The notes below the pieces were generated by a model. It saw nothing but the letters and a program-made list of their open reading frames with translations. It ran no database searches and had not been told where the DNA came from. Below, piece by piece: positions 1-13,218 of a stretch of DNA of 64,000 nt. This stretch comes from Lingula anatina. Its lineage: Eukaryota; Animalia; Brachiopoda. The stretch is from contig CM120640.1 of NCBI GenBank assembly GCA_051362555.1, positions 59,932,788 through 59,996,787 on the forward strand, in the 5' to 3' direction. Position 1 is the first letter of the stretch; every line of letters starts with the position of its first letter. A program made the position numbers and the translations under genes.

Positions 1-722
1 TTGCTCCTGCTACATGTATATCTGCCATTATTTCTGACCCTACTTTCCTTAAAATATCCTGCAAAATCTCACTTTATGATTCACTAATTAAGTCATGAGA
101 GTTTGGTCTAACATGTATTATCCCCATTACATGCTTACACATATCTTCATGCCATTGGAAATAATGTGTGCATTTACATCTGTAATAAGATTTTCAAGAG
201 AAGAGTACTGGCTGATAGTTCCCATGACAGTTCACCCTCAGCCTTAATGATATTGGTTTAGCAACTCTAGGGGTAACACAAGCAGTCCTTTGCTTAGATA
301 AGTCTCAGTAACACTTGTGTCTACACTTACATGTCCATTTCTTTGTTGTAAAAGAAACATCACTGATATATGAGACACCCTATGCATGGGAAAAAGACAA
401 AGATGTTCCATGTTTCTGCAGTGGCAAACGGTATTTGTGTTCTCTTGCTAATGTTGAATACGTTGCACAGATTTACCTGCAGTTTTTTATGATTGTGGTT
501 ATAGTGGGCAGCACTTATGCCTTGTTTCATTAATTTCTGTCTTATAGCTAACTGGATTAAGGCATTGAATATATATATTTTTTAGTTTGTAAAATGAATT
601 ATGATTAAAAAAAGTAAAAATAAAATAAAATAACCCGGAAACATTTGAAGTAGGTGAAATACAAACTTTTTGTATCATTTCTTTTTCTTTAAAGTGATAG
701 ATAATATATCATTTATTTCCAG

Positions 723-1324
723 TTACCCCCAGTTTAATTGAGGCATTGGCCAAACATCCCAGTCTAGAAGAAATACTTTTGAGGAACAACAAACTGGGTA
801 AGATTTGTTAGGTTTTTATGTATCTGTCGGTCTGACTGTCTGCATGCATGCATGTATATATGAACCCTTAAAAAGGTATAACAACGGTTTGTGTGAAATT
901 AATATTTCATAATAAAAACATTGTAATTTGTAAAGAACTCATAGAAAAATAATAAACTCTATTTTACCACCAAAACAGCACAATTATTCTTGAATCGACA
1001 AGCCATCATAGGGTGCTATACCTATGTAATAAAAAAAAATTATTAAATCCTACAAAGGTCCATCAAATTTCAAGAAATTTTCAGTTTTCTTGGTTACTTT
1101 GCAAAAAAGTTGTTATTTTTAAAAATATGCTGCAAATGGCATAAAAGGCACTAGATACACACTTGCATATGTCAATTTCTCAGATGATGTATCCTTGAGG
1201 TACCCCCACAGAAAAAATCTGGAGGGGGGTTCCAATCCAATGAATGCAGTGCCCACTCAAAATGATCTTACACATATTGAAGTTTAAGTCCAGCAAATTT
1301 CTTGAAATTTGATGGACCTTAATA

Positions 1325-1367
<43 letters not shown>

Positions 1368-4300
1368 GGGGGGGGGGGGGTCACCCTGTGCTCTCTTTAA
1401 AGATAGTTACAAAAAAACCAAACTTTTTAGGAAAAAATACCATGGACTAACTTTGAATGTTTGAGTGGATTCATGAACCATTGGTAAATGGCAAATTGTG
1501 GTTCACCCCAGGTAAGTCCATTTTTTGGCAAAAAAACAAAACAAAAAACAGTTGTTATCCCTTTTATGTCACCTCAATGTCATATCATAGGTATGAACTG
1601 TGCATTGCCCCCAAGTCCCAATGTTACCAATGAGAAGGAGGAGGGACTGAACAAATGTGCAGATATATGTTAGAAACTACCGATAGGATAAAAGGATAAT
1701 TACAATGGCCTTTTATTAACCATACTATGATACATTGATGGAATTCCAACTCACCTTTTCCCCTAGGGTTGCATGTTATTTTTCACTGAATTGACTCTTT
1801 CTGCCAGCCAGCCCAAGTTGAATTGTCGTGCATGACGTCACACACAATCTTTCTGAAGGTGAGAGAACACTGTTCAAAAAGTACTAAGCTCTGAAACATA
1901 TGATGTACAGGTGCACTAGAAAAAGAGCCATTGCAGTGCTTTTCTGAAAACCACACTTTTTATTAGTGAATGGAGAAGAACTACATGAAAGTCTCCTAGA
2001 ATTTTTTTTCTTGGCATTTTATAACTATGTATCATTATCATGTTATCTAGTTTAGAAGTTCAAGGTATTATGACTTTTTTCTGTTGAATATGTCATGCAC
2101 CCTTTAGAATGATGGACTAGGAAAGGTGTAGCAAAGGAACAGGAATTAAATCTTCTTGCTTTTTACACTTGCTTATTGTCAATCACAGCAGCATCAAAAC
2201 AGTGTGTTTTCAATATAAAAAGTTCAAAGCAAACAAAACTTCACGTTATGAGCGAATGCATTTCTTTGGACAAATAAGTTAGAATTTTATCTGATAAATA
2301 CATATAAAATATACGATTAAATTAAATTGATGCGATTAAATTTTTCAAGTTTTTCACATGTAAATAATTTTTCTAACCTGTGTTTTTTTACTTTGGAAGA
2401 GCTAAGGCATAGATCTTAAAGCAAAAAATAAAGTTGGATAGTAGACCAATATCAGATAATGACTTTGAAGTCATGCTAATCAGTAAAGCCACCACAATAG
2501 GTTGGTCCCAGTCATGTAATTGGTCATGTAATATTGATGTGTTTAAGTTGCTGGTTTGACAAACTTGCATTAAATAGAATATATCTTTCCAAATTCTATA
2601 ACCAGTGGTTAAGTGACTCTTAAGTCTGTGGCCATGCCACGTGCATGGCACACACTGCACTATGGGTGTCATCCAGGGTTGAGGTGTTTGGCTGGTGGCA
2701 TACAAGTGTCAACAGTTTGATTTGTGGGGACACTAACACACAATGCCTAAAAGATTATAAGCACTGGGGCTTTTTACCATGCTGTATGGTGAGCCCTAGG
2801 ACTATGAACCCTAGATTAATAGCTTGGTGTTTCCCAATGCTGAGTGACTCATACAACAGCCCCTGAGACAGATTAGTGTATAAACACACAAACTTGTTGT
2901 ACAGTTGTAATTAGAGGTGGTGAGGTGGGAAAGAGGTCTTCAGGCACTGTTTTCTTGAACTCTAATAAAAAAAATTAATTTTCTGAGCGATGCGCAAGTT
3001 GTTTATAAATTTGTGTGATTCCTTTAAGGAAAGAAAAATTGAAATAGTTGAAAGCATTTTGCTAGCTGCAGGTTAAGTTTTTAACTTCTTTGTCTTTCAG
3101 TTGCTCTTTTCATTGGATCAAAAAGAAATCATAAAATAAGTTTAAAGGGCTTTTTTTATCCAAATTAGTACATATATGCTCCTTGTTGAATTTTTTTCAT
3201 AGGTTTTCTTGTTGCACAATACTTAAACAAAATTCATGTTAAATTTACAAATTTGTTAAATAAGGTGTAAGTAGGTAACCTGCACTCTTCAGACTCTTGC
3301 ATGTATACAAAAATCTGTTTGTTCCATGGCTCTTACAATCACTTTAGGTACAAATCGTCATCACAGTTTCTACTTTGCACCATTACTTACCAAGATGTTC
3401 TAGATGGACTACACCATGTATTTGGAATTTCACTTTATTTCATGTAAAGATTGACACTTTTAGAAAGTTTGACAATAGACCGTGATGCTTATGTGACTGT
3501 ATGTAAAAAGGTTTTTATCACTGTTTACATTTGGTGACTCACTGTTTCGTTATTTGTGTGTCAAAGGTGACTTTCACATTATTTAAACTTTTCAAAAGTT
3601 ACACGAGTGGGACATGTTTGTGCAAGTTATTTTTAGATCGTATGAGGTACTGTTTACATTGCAATAAAATTTTTGGTGTTTTGAATTGCAGATTATTTGG
3701 TGCCAACTCTGTATCTGGATATTTCTATTTCTCTAGATAAAAATGATTTAAGATATATATTTGAATAAAAATAATTTTCAGAAGAACTTTCTGGGTTGTA
3801 GGGTTGTAAGTGTTTTTCAGAGTGTTTTTTTTTTTTTTTTTTTTTTTTTTTGCAAACAGCATACAGAAAGGTGGTTGAAGCATTACAGTGCTATGGAAAA
3901 AAAAAATGAAATTTGCTATTTGTACCAGAAAAAATAGATGTGTATTAATTTTATCTGTTAAAAAATTCCCTTAAGTAGGGTTTGTTTTCTTTGCAAAATT
4001 TTATGTTTTATTTGTTATTTAACCAAGCTTATCTGGCTGTATTGTTTTGGTTCATTTGCTAAATATATCTGTTGGCTGTCAACTTGTGTTGCAGCTATTA
4101 TTTTGTCTTATTTGGTTGAATCACAAAAGAAGTGTGGCATTCTACATACTTGTGGTTCCTCTCTGAATGCAGGATTTACTCCATTTCACGGACAGCTTGA
4201 TTAGTTATTTAGCTGTTTAAGACATTGATGATTGACAGCTTTTTCAGGCGTTAAAGGTTTGACAACAGAACAAAAGAAGTAAACTGAAGCACAAGGAAGC

Positions 4301-7300
4301 AAATTCAAAGTAAACAATGCAGTAATTATTGTATTCAGGCTAAGGTGCTGGTCATGCTCTAGGTTGTTATATTAGTTATTGTATTCAGTGGTTTATTAAG
4401 GCTCATGCCTTTCCTTGTATTGTGTGACTGACTTGTTTTTATTGACATCAACCAGGTGTTAAACATATGCCAGGTAAGCTCTTGTTTGTAGGCATGCTAA
4501 AAATCTCTTTGGTGTCTTTCATTTGATATAGCTCTATGGAGCTGGTGAAATATCATTGGGTTTTATGTGATATCCCCCCCCCTCCCCCCAGGTTGGTTTT
4601 ACTAGACTTTTCTTCTGGTCCTCAGGGGAACTATTCATCAGCCCTTTAGGATTCTGTCATAAATTTAATAAAGACATTTACACCCCTTACTAGAATATTT
4701 ATGCCCCTTAAAATTGGATAATTTGAAGATATGAGCAGGTTGACTCTGATGAAAATGGAACTTTTTATACTGTTTATCTTTCACAATAATTTAATTATAT
4801 TGGACACGGAAGAAGGACATGCCTAACTATTAAATGAGCACTCTATGGCCAATAGTTTAGTTAAGTGAAAAATAAAAGGTCCTTATATTATTATCATTAC
4901 TTTGGGTGTTTACTGAAATTAAAAATGGGCAAATTCTGTACATTTGATGTAGGTTGAGTAAATATGTTATAATAAAAGTTGAAGAAGTGTGTTGAAGTTA
5001 TGACAGTTGATTTATGAATTAAATGATTGGTGAAATGAATATTTGATTTCTTAAAATATATATTTCAAAATGCCATTTTCAAATGAAATTTGAAATGAAC
5101 TAATCAAAATTGCTCGTTGAAAAAGAGAAGAGAAAGAAATGAGAGATTCAATTCCAATTTTATGATTTATGAATTAAAATGATTGATGAAAATGAATATT
5201 TGATTTCTTAAAATATATATTTCAAAATGCCATTTTCAAATGAAATTTGAAATGAACTAAACAAAATTGCTTGTTGAAAAAAAAAGGGAAAGAAAGATTA
5301 AAGATTCAATTCCAATTTTTATGTTAGATGAAGACTTCAAAACCCTCTGTTCATGAGTCCAATGACAACAGTGACACACACACACACACACTAAAAATCA
5401 CCCCTCAGTTACTGCTCAAACACTTCCAAAGGAAACAAATTAGTAGCCAAGAGCCCAATAACTTTGAAGTAGACAAGGCAGTGAACTGTCCAGAGACTTG
5501 TCTATGTTATTGGAATGGCAGTGGTTCTAGTTGTGGATCATGAACATCAATCAGGATTGACATCCACCTGTGCTCTAGTCTCTGCCAGTAATCAAGTTGT
5601 GGAGGCACACCTGGCCACCCTATCAGATCCTAGGAGGTGATTTTTTTAAAGTAAATTTTCTGTAGTAAATCTGGTATTATCAAAGGTTGGTAGAGGGATT
5701 TTTATGAGAAATGATTAATCCAGAGCTCTGGCACTGTCCTGGAATCCAATCAAAATATGCTAGCTGTACAGGGTAGCATTATTTAACCTATAAATCACCA
5801 TATCAGTTTTTTTTTTTAAAAAGTGAATTATGTATTTTGATAGTTAAATTATTTTGCATGACTGGTGGATTTAAGTAGTAAAGACAATATCTTCCATTCT
5901 TTAATTGAGGAAGTGCTTTAATTGAGGAAGCATTTTTGGCTGGAAGACTGGATTATTTATCTTAGCTTGAGGAAAAAAGTAACAATGACCATGTCAGTGT
6001 GTACTGTTATAACATAGTGAGCTGGAGTATGTACTTTTACTTGAAATTCAAAATAGGTGCACTGGGTGGGTTATTGATGCAGTTTCCAGGTTACAAAGGA
6101 TTTGGAATGTGATAATAAAATGTTTTATATTCCCATTTTTATTGAAGAGATAAGTGCTTTACTCTGATGTTAAGTGCACTTTTAATTTTGATTTTTCTTT
6201 CTAAATTGAATGACATTGAGGTCTCTTCCCCATCTTGCTATAATATTGTGTGCACCTGTAGGTACTTTCACCCAGAGCTGATAGCTTTCAATGTAATTTA
6301 CACACCAGGAAGGATTTCTTCGAAAATGAAAGTAAAATTAATGTAGGCAGTAAGTGAGAGCTAACCAGCAATTCAATAAAATGGTACCTTATGCAGCTTT
6401 TCTTATATTGCATATTTGTTTTTCAAAGTGGTATTGTCAGATATGTTTTTTTTTTTTTAATTTTTGTATACCCTTTACTATTTAAAAACAAACATGCAGG
6501 ATTTTTACACTTGTTGGCATTTCCTTTAATTCTACACATATTTTTTGCAATCAATTTTTATGAATATCATTGATCACAATGGATAATTAAATAATACATA
6601 TTTTAAGAAGTGTAATGTAAGCAGTCCAGAGTTAAGTATGAAACATTAATCTTCCAGGTGATGGAGCACTGCGAGGGCTACTGCAGGTGTTCAGGAGGGC
6701 ACATGCTGGGGAACACGGTCAAACTAAACTACACACCCTAGACATCAGGTAACGTCAAGGGAATTTACTCCTCTTTTTAGTAGGGTCAGCACAATTGTGC
6801 TAGAGGTTATCAGGTGTGTAAGCCAAATGATATATTACACAATATTAATGCTAGTAATTGATGGATATATTAAAGCATTAATTTTGTTTACTATATATAT
6901 ATTTTTTCCCTGATAACCATAGAAAATGGATAGAATTGAAAATGAAATGTACATGTATCTTAATATCGAGGGACTGAAAATGTTATCATTGATGGTAATA
7001 GAAAAATTATAATCTAAAATTGGACCCCCCTCCAAAAAAAAAATAAATAAATAAAATAAATAAATAAATAAGAACCTGCCTTTTTTTTCCAAAATGTATC
7101 AAGAAGTGATTATGTACCTAGTAACTGCAGCTGTTTTAGTACAAAGATAAGGATCATCAGTAAGTGGGATTGCCCAAGAATTGAAAGCACCCCTGTCAAG
7201 TTGGTTCTGTTGTGATCATGTTTCACCTTGTCAGAGCAATGATTACCTGAAAGTTCTTAACTCACACCTGTCCCACTACTTCTTATTTGAAGCACCACCT

Positions 7301-9513
7301 ACAGTCCAGTACTCAAATAGTGATTGGCTGTCAGATGATTCAGCATAAAGTACAAGTCTGTGGTTTTTGGCAATCTGTTATCACTTCATGGTAATGGCTG
7401 CCAGTTGCCAACTTCTGTTTATTTTTTCTGATCATTATGATGACACTTCACACATTTGTGAGAGCTTCTCAGGGAAGGTTACCTAGAATGGTTGACTGTA
7501 GACTTAAGTGATGGTCTGTAAGGGTACATAATGTAGGGCTAATGTAAATATGACTGCAAAATTTGTAAACAAGTTGAGATTTACCTCAAGTCCATGCTTT
7601 GCTGTAGCATGGAGAAGTAACCATAAGGCAGGTGCCCTACAACCTTTCATAAAACCAACTCTGATCTCTCAGACATGTTACAATTAAATCCATCCAGACA
7701 GAGATGCCCTTGCCAGAAATGCTGGGTGGAAAGTAACTAATTACACTGAGTGTTTTTAACCATACTTCCTGCTGTTCTTTTTTACCCATTTTAAATTCTT
7801 TATTGTTATTATTATTATTTTGTTTTTTACTATCCAAAATGATGAAATTAGAAAGTTTTCAGTTTTTGTTAAACATTGGTATCTTTTGTGTAGCTTCTTT
7901 TCTACAGTCATTAACAAAAAAAAAAAACTCTTAAAAAGAGTTTTACTAAGAATCATTAAATATGAAAATCTGTTTCTGAAACCACTATAATAACTTGCAG
8001 ATAATCTCATTTTGATATTTCACAAAACACACATTTAATGTTGCCATCTTAATTTTTTAAGTGAAAGGAAGTACTGGAAGATGGTGACAATATCAATTTA
8101 TTAGATAATCCTTGATATCAAGTGTACCTCTCTAAATGTACATGATATTCTTGATCAGTTCTGAACCTATGCCATTTGGGAAAATTATTCACTAAAAAAA
8201 AGTAACAATATAATAGACCCATCCCCCCAAATAAGTGATAAGATTAGGGTGTGGTACTTCATTTTGGATATTCCCATGCTCCAATACTTGCAAAAGAGGT
8301 GTATTGCCCTTTGTTTTGTTTCAAAGCACTGGCTTTTCATGAAAATCCAGGTTGAAATGTTACCTGCCCCCTTGATAAGTGCTAGCATGTCCATGTTGCC
8401 AACCAAGGCCATCAGGAATTTAACAGGCATTTGACAAAGACATCAAAGTGAGACATATCAGCTAATTGGGAATTAATTTGTAAGATAATTAGGTTGATAC
8501 AACTAAATAGTGTTAGCATTTACATGATAATAGTGTAATATAACAAATCTAAAAGGCATATTGCCAAACTGAACACATAATGTTCACTGTAACAAAGGGA
8601 ACTATCATGATGGAGTTTTTTAGAACTTTGGGGGATTTTTTTGATGAATTAAAATTGACATTTGGAATTTCCTCCTATGGGTATATTTATTAGGTTTGGA
8701 TTATTGCCAAAACCATCCACTGTATTTGTTTTTTATCTTACATGCAGCTTTTGTCAATATTTAAGAGATAATTATATGTGTTCTGTGAAATCAGGAAATG
8801 CTTTTTTGGGTGCCTCATTTAAAGAAAGTCACAGTAAATATGTTTAGTATCTTTTTTTCAACATCAAGGATATGTGAAATTTAAGATGTGTTGAAGTATT
8901 AAAGAGGCTAAATAAATTTTAGAAGTAATTAAGCAATAAGTTGGAAATCCCCTGTGTAGGAAATCCCCTATTAACCATGTGACGTAGCTCATTGTCAAGT
9001 TTCAAAGATGGCATGATGCCAAACTTTACCATACCACTCCTGGATGAAGGCTATGGGAAATGAGATGTATCTGTATTGCCTATCTTGGCATTAGTTAGTG
9101 TCTATTTTATTTTTGTGAAATATTTCTCAATTAAATATTTTCCTATTATTGTATTATGGAGCATTTTTGTTACTTAATGTTTTTAGATGAATGGGGATTT
9201 TTATATGCAAGTGTAGGCACGAGTTATGATTATCTTAAACCCCCTTTTGCTTAGTTTCAGCAAGCGATGTTTTACAGAAGAATGCCTCACAGAGTTTGCC
9301 AGAGGACTGGAAGTCATTGCTAAATATGAGAAAAGACACATCCTTTATAGACTGGCGTATATTCAATGTCATTGGAAACCTGGTTTAAAACCATGGCAAT
9401 TAACTCAACAAGATATCAGGCAAATTCTTTTAAATTCTGTTCAATTTCCATATGGAAGCCTGCTTCCAACAGAAGCCTCAACATTATTTGGAGAATTCTT
9501 GAGTCAAATGTGA
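723..9513 (+). CDS. LRRC41: Leucine-rich repeat protein, LRRC41-like, 3' partial (last 3 coding exons: 723-797, 6658-6748, 9261-9513)
   Basis: The three exons have AG/GT boundaries and compatible phases (1,1,2). They splice to ...TPSLIEALAKHPSLEEILLRNNKLG-DGALRGLLQVF...LHTLDIS-KRCFTEECLTEFARGL...STLFGEFLSQM*, with an RI-like LRR pattern (LEEILLRNNKLGD). The C-terminus FGEFLSQM resembles the LRRC41 tail as I recall it (FADYVSTM). The 5' exons lie outside the window. Confidence 0.7.
1009..1388 (-). mobile_element. Degenerate Tc1/mariner-derived MITE with a transposase remnant
   Basis: Termini (t)AGGGTG...CACCCTG. Long inverted repeat AAGGTCCATCAAATTTCAAGAAATTT / AAATTTCTTGAAATTTGATGGACCTT. The minus strand at ~1190-1235 reads [12 protein letters not shown], the motif following the third catalytic residue of mariner-type transposases. 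Confidence 0.7.
5008..5323. repeat. Tandem duplication, two copies of ~157 bp
   Basis: GATTTATGAATT...GATTCAATTCCAATTTTATG occurs twice head to tail with few differences. Confidence 0.85.
8943..8985. promoter_or_regulatory. Tandem NF-kB-like sites plus a CRE half-site (candidate enhancer)
   Basis: GGAAATCCCC at 8943-8952 and 8959-8968 (reverse complement GGGGATTTCC); TGACGT at 8980-8985. Confidence 0.4.
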
Positions 9514-9873
9514 CTGAAACTTATTAACACTGATGGTGGTCATGAATTCTACATTTATCAAGTAAGTTTCATCATCTTTTGATAGGCAATCCATTATTTT
9601 TTCATTATTATTTTACATTAATATTAATTTTCTTTTCTTTTTTTGCTGATGAAAAGTAAATGATTTACTTTACGAAAAGTTGTGTGCGTATCATTTTAGG
9701 TACAAAGGTATAGCTAGGCTGTTTTGGGCCAGATACTATGGGAATGTTCAAATGTTTGGCAATGTTATATTAAGCGCGAAGAGTGGAAGATTAATTACAT
9801 TCATACTTATGCTAAGAAAAAGAAACTAAAAACAACTGTCAAGTCAGTTTGATCTTGTATTCATTGTATGAAA

Positions 9874-9889
9874 TTTAATAAATAATAAA
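9874..9889. terminator. Overlapping candidate poly(A) signals of the convergent LRRC41-like (+) and jun (-) genes
   Basis: Plus-strand AATAAA at 9877-9882 and 9884-9889; minus-strand ATTAAA at 9874-9879. Confidence 0.45.
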
Positions 9890-10280
9890 TGGCAATGATT
9901 TAAGCATGAATTTTTCAGTTATAAGCACCGAAACTGTACAAATATTTACAAAACTGAGGTACAAAATGATATGCAACATGCTGCATACTTAAAAATGAAC
10001 ATATTTACAATGCAAAAAAACTCAATATCACTCTTATTTACAACAACCGTTTTAAACACATATAATCACTGATAGCATACATTTAAAACATCTTTTTAAA
10101 ACAAATGCTGTCATATAAAAAAGAATCTGATCAACAGATCCATTTTATAAGAAAAAAATGCTCTCCAAGCTTTTTCACATCGAACATTGCAAGTCACATT
10201 CAACAGTTCTTTTTCTTCAAACAGACAAAGTTTGTGCATATGTCACATATATATAAAGTATTTTAAAGCCCTCCAGCTTA

Positions 10281-11120
10281 TTAGCTCATGCTTGTTGAAA
10301 TCATGACCTGACATCCACTGTTCACATGTTCCATTATTTGTTGCTTGAGGTACGCAACTTGGTCTCGGAGCTGGCCTGCTGTACTTGAGAGTTCAGTGTT
10401 AATAGATTTTAAATGGTTTACTCTTTCTTCAAGGCGCGAAATTCTCTCTAATTTACGCGTGCGGCACTTTCTGGCAGCAACGCGGTTTCTTGCCCTCTTC
10501 CTCTCCAACTTGATTCTTTCTTGGCTCTCCATGTTTATAGGTGACAGTGGAGGGGTGGTGCCAAGGCATGGGACCGTCTGGGGCTCTTCCTTCAGGTGTG
10601 TAAGCTGCATATTCTGTGGCATAGCATAGTTTGGGTGTGACTGCTGCATAGGTGGAGCATAAGAGGCTGGAGCACTCACCATGACGGTTGTTCCAGGCAG
10701 AGAAGTGCATGTTGTGGCACTAGGGGCTGTCGTACGCATAGGCTGGAGTGTTGTCAACGTGTGGGAAGCAGAGGAAGGCACGGTCCCACTGCTGGAACTC
10801 TCTTCGGGGTGCTGGTGGAGTTCTGCCAATGCGTCGACGAAGCCACGGGCGTAAGCCTCCTGTTCTTCTGTAACGTTTTTTGGATAAATAAACTGGGTCG
10901 GTGTAGGAGTGGTCACAACCATACCGTTCTGTTGGATTATCATCCTCTCGAGCTCTGGTGAACCCAACTTCAGCAAATTGAGATCTGGCGAGTTCAGAAG
11001 GCCTCCGAATTTTTGTGCCTTTGTTTTACCGGCACCAAAGTCTAAGGTCATAGCCTTTTTCAAGTCCTTTACAGCACTTCTGTTGTTAGCCATGCCGTCT
11101 TCGTAAAAAGTAGTTTCCAT
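10281..11120 (-). CDS. JUN: Transcription factor AP-1 / c-Jun (bZIP), intronless, 279 aa
   Basis: METTFYED start; delta/JNK-docking-like KKAMTLDF; [23 protein letters not shown] (S63/S73 equivalents); TTPTP; EEPQTVP; TPPLSP degron; basic region [32 protein letters not shown]; leucine zipper ending HVNSGC. Confidence 0.98.
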   Translation of the reverse strand: METTFYEDGMANNRSAVKDLKKAMTLDFGAGKTKAQKFGGLLNSPDLNLLKLGSPELERMIIQQNGMVVTTPTPTQFIYPKNVTEEQEAYARGFVDALAELHQHPEESSSSGTVPSSASHTLTTLQPMRTTAPSATTCTSLPGTTVMVSAPASYAPPMQQSHPNYAMPQNMQLTHLKEEPQTVPCLGTTPPLSPINMESQERIKLERKRARNRVAARKCRTRKLERISRLEERVNHLKSINTELSSTAGQLRDQVAYLKQQIMEHVNSGCQVMISTSMS

Positions 11121-11314
11121 TGTGTTTCTTTCTCAGTAAGGTGCGACTCGGCTTCCTGATGAATAACTTTGTTTTGATGATTCAATTGTCTCTGTGGTAC
11201 GTGTACGTGTGTTCACAATAGCTTACCACAGCTGAAATGTCTGAAACAACTCTCTGATTCACTATTTCTGGCCGTTTGGCGCTATCTGTCCTGCCTGATT
11301 TCAAAACGTGTTTA

Positions 11315-11624
11315 TGACTCAGAGAGTGTACTCCTCTGTACTTATAGTGGTGAGTAATACACTATATTTAGAATGACATCACTTTTCAGTCAGCCGATTG
11401 GTCAAAAATGACATCACTGCCATGTGACTTGAATAGACATTCGCGGACTTGACCTTTCACCCCGGCAACGTGTTGCATTGTGGGCCGCAAAATCCATGAC
11501 GTATACTGTCTGCGTAACAGTTTTGCCCTTTTATGGAAAGCGGGATTTCCCTTTTAGTTGGATGTGCCCTAGTTTCTAGCAGGTTCGGAGCGCAAAACAA
11601 ATCAATATTCATATCGTGACGTGG
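11315..11624 (-). promoter_or_regulatory. jun proximal promoter with immediate-early elements
   Basis: AP-1 TGACTCA 11315-11321; TATA-like TATAAG (-) 11341-11346; MEF2 CTATATTTAG 11362-11371; TGACATCA 11374-11381 and 11409-11416; CCAAT (-) 11397-11401; CArG CCTTTTATGG 11527-11536; kB GGGATTTCCC 11542-11551; TGACGTGG 11617-11624. The region retains CpG. Confidence 0.75.
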
Positions 11625-13218
11625 CAGTAAAATCGGAAATGACCTAGCATTCTTAGTGTACAGGTATTCTTGTTTGTGTAAACATTCGTGTTAAGGCCTG
11701 TCATAATTTATAGACGCGCTTTTCAAGTAACTTCACGGTATATCATAAATAATGTACATGTACCGTATGTCTGAAATTTGTGGAACTCGGTGATGCCATT
11801 TTATTTAACAAGACTGTCTTTTTTTGCTTTGATAAGCAGACGATGCCTTTAATTCCCATATTCTAAATATACCGTGAAGTAAGGTGAAGGCCAATGAGTC
11901 ATATAAAATTCCCCGGGTTGCAAAATTTCCGGTCAACCCGCCTCTTACTCCGAATCAAATTTTACGCAAATGAAAATTGAAAAAACATTTTTTCAGTGGT
12001 ATTCCGCAATATATAGTATATATTGGAGGTGCGCTTTTGACATTTTACCCTAAAATTAGGTGCATAAAGTCAACATATGTGTTAAAAAGAATTTTTTTTC
12101 TCTCGCTTAAACCAGCCTTACTCTTTTCTTAATAATTATTGTTTTTTCTGTTGTTACCACCTATTAAATTGAATGGTTGGAAAGTTAAATCCGAAATTTC
12201 AGCAAAAGCATCATATCAAATTTTATCAGTGGAATCATATTATTCATATATACTAGTATGCATACAGTGTATAAAGTTGCTTAAAGTTCTTATGAAGTAT
12301 AAGCCCATCCACACATTCCTAGTATGCTGTGCCTGTGAATCTTTGATGTAGTTATTTGTTCAATGTGTCTCTGCTATTCAAATAAATAGTATGCACTCTA
12401 CTTAATTATTTTCATTGTTTATTCCTGAAATGATCTTGGCTCACGAGCTTGAATTTTGTTGTTAAACACTTATGAGACACTGGGAATCAAAAAGTTAACA
12501 GCTTTGCTTATCAATCTTTTAACACTAAAAAATTCCCCTGTGAAAAGTTAAGTTGTAGTTTTGAATATGCCATTTTTTTATAGTGATGAGGGTTTTGCAT
12601 CTCAGTTGGTCTATATAGTCAAAAAGTTGAACAGACCATATTGAGGCTCTATAGTCTGAAATTTTTTTAATTTGAAATGATTTTTTTTTCTCCAGTAGTT
12701 CATTGGTCTTACCCTGATATCCAGGTTCTAAGCAATGCTATACATCTTCTAGTATCTGAGCTTTTATGCCAATGCATTGTTAACAATTGTGGTAAAACTT
12801 GGAATAGTCCTTTATTGCATAAAGTTTATTAGTATTCCAAATGCCCAAAATATATCAGTTAAATACCAAATGCTGTATCAATTGATAACTGATCTAAACT
12901 TCAACAGTAATTAAATAGCAATATCTTTGAAAGTTTTGAGCCAATAAACCTAAGATCATTGTATTTTTTAACTTAATGAACATTCAAATCAATAAACCTA
13001 TGCAAGTCAGTTTCTTAATTAATATTTTTTTCAAAATTTCTACAAACTTAACCCATTTAAATTAAAAGTAATTAAGTCAAGTGATGAGTATTAGGTGCCA
13101 AAATCTGAGCATATATGTGTATATATTATTTGGGAGCAAACAAGCTATAGTTATATATGCAACAAATTTACTAAATTTTTTTTTCAATTTTTTGTAGGGA
13201 ACTAAGTTTTATTAAAAA

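Noticed and set aside
1833-1840. Perfect CRE TGACGTCA in the LRRC41-like intron
   Set aside because: Isolated motif without promoter context.
2600-2900. GC-balanced stretches resembling old SINEs (also ~17640-17880)
   Set aside because: A and B boxes are too degenerate and there is no second copy in the window.
10345-11106. Antisense and alternative-frame ORFs over jun
   Set aside because: Shadow ORFs of a GC-richer CDS with no recognisable motifs.
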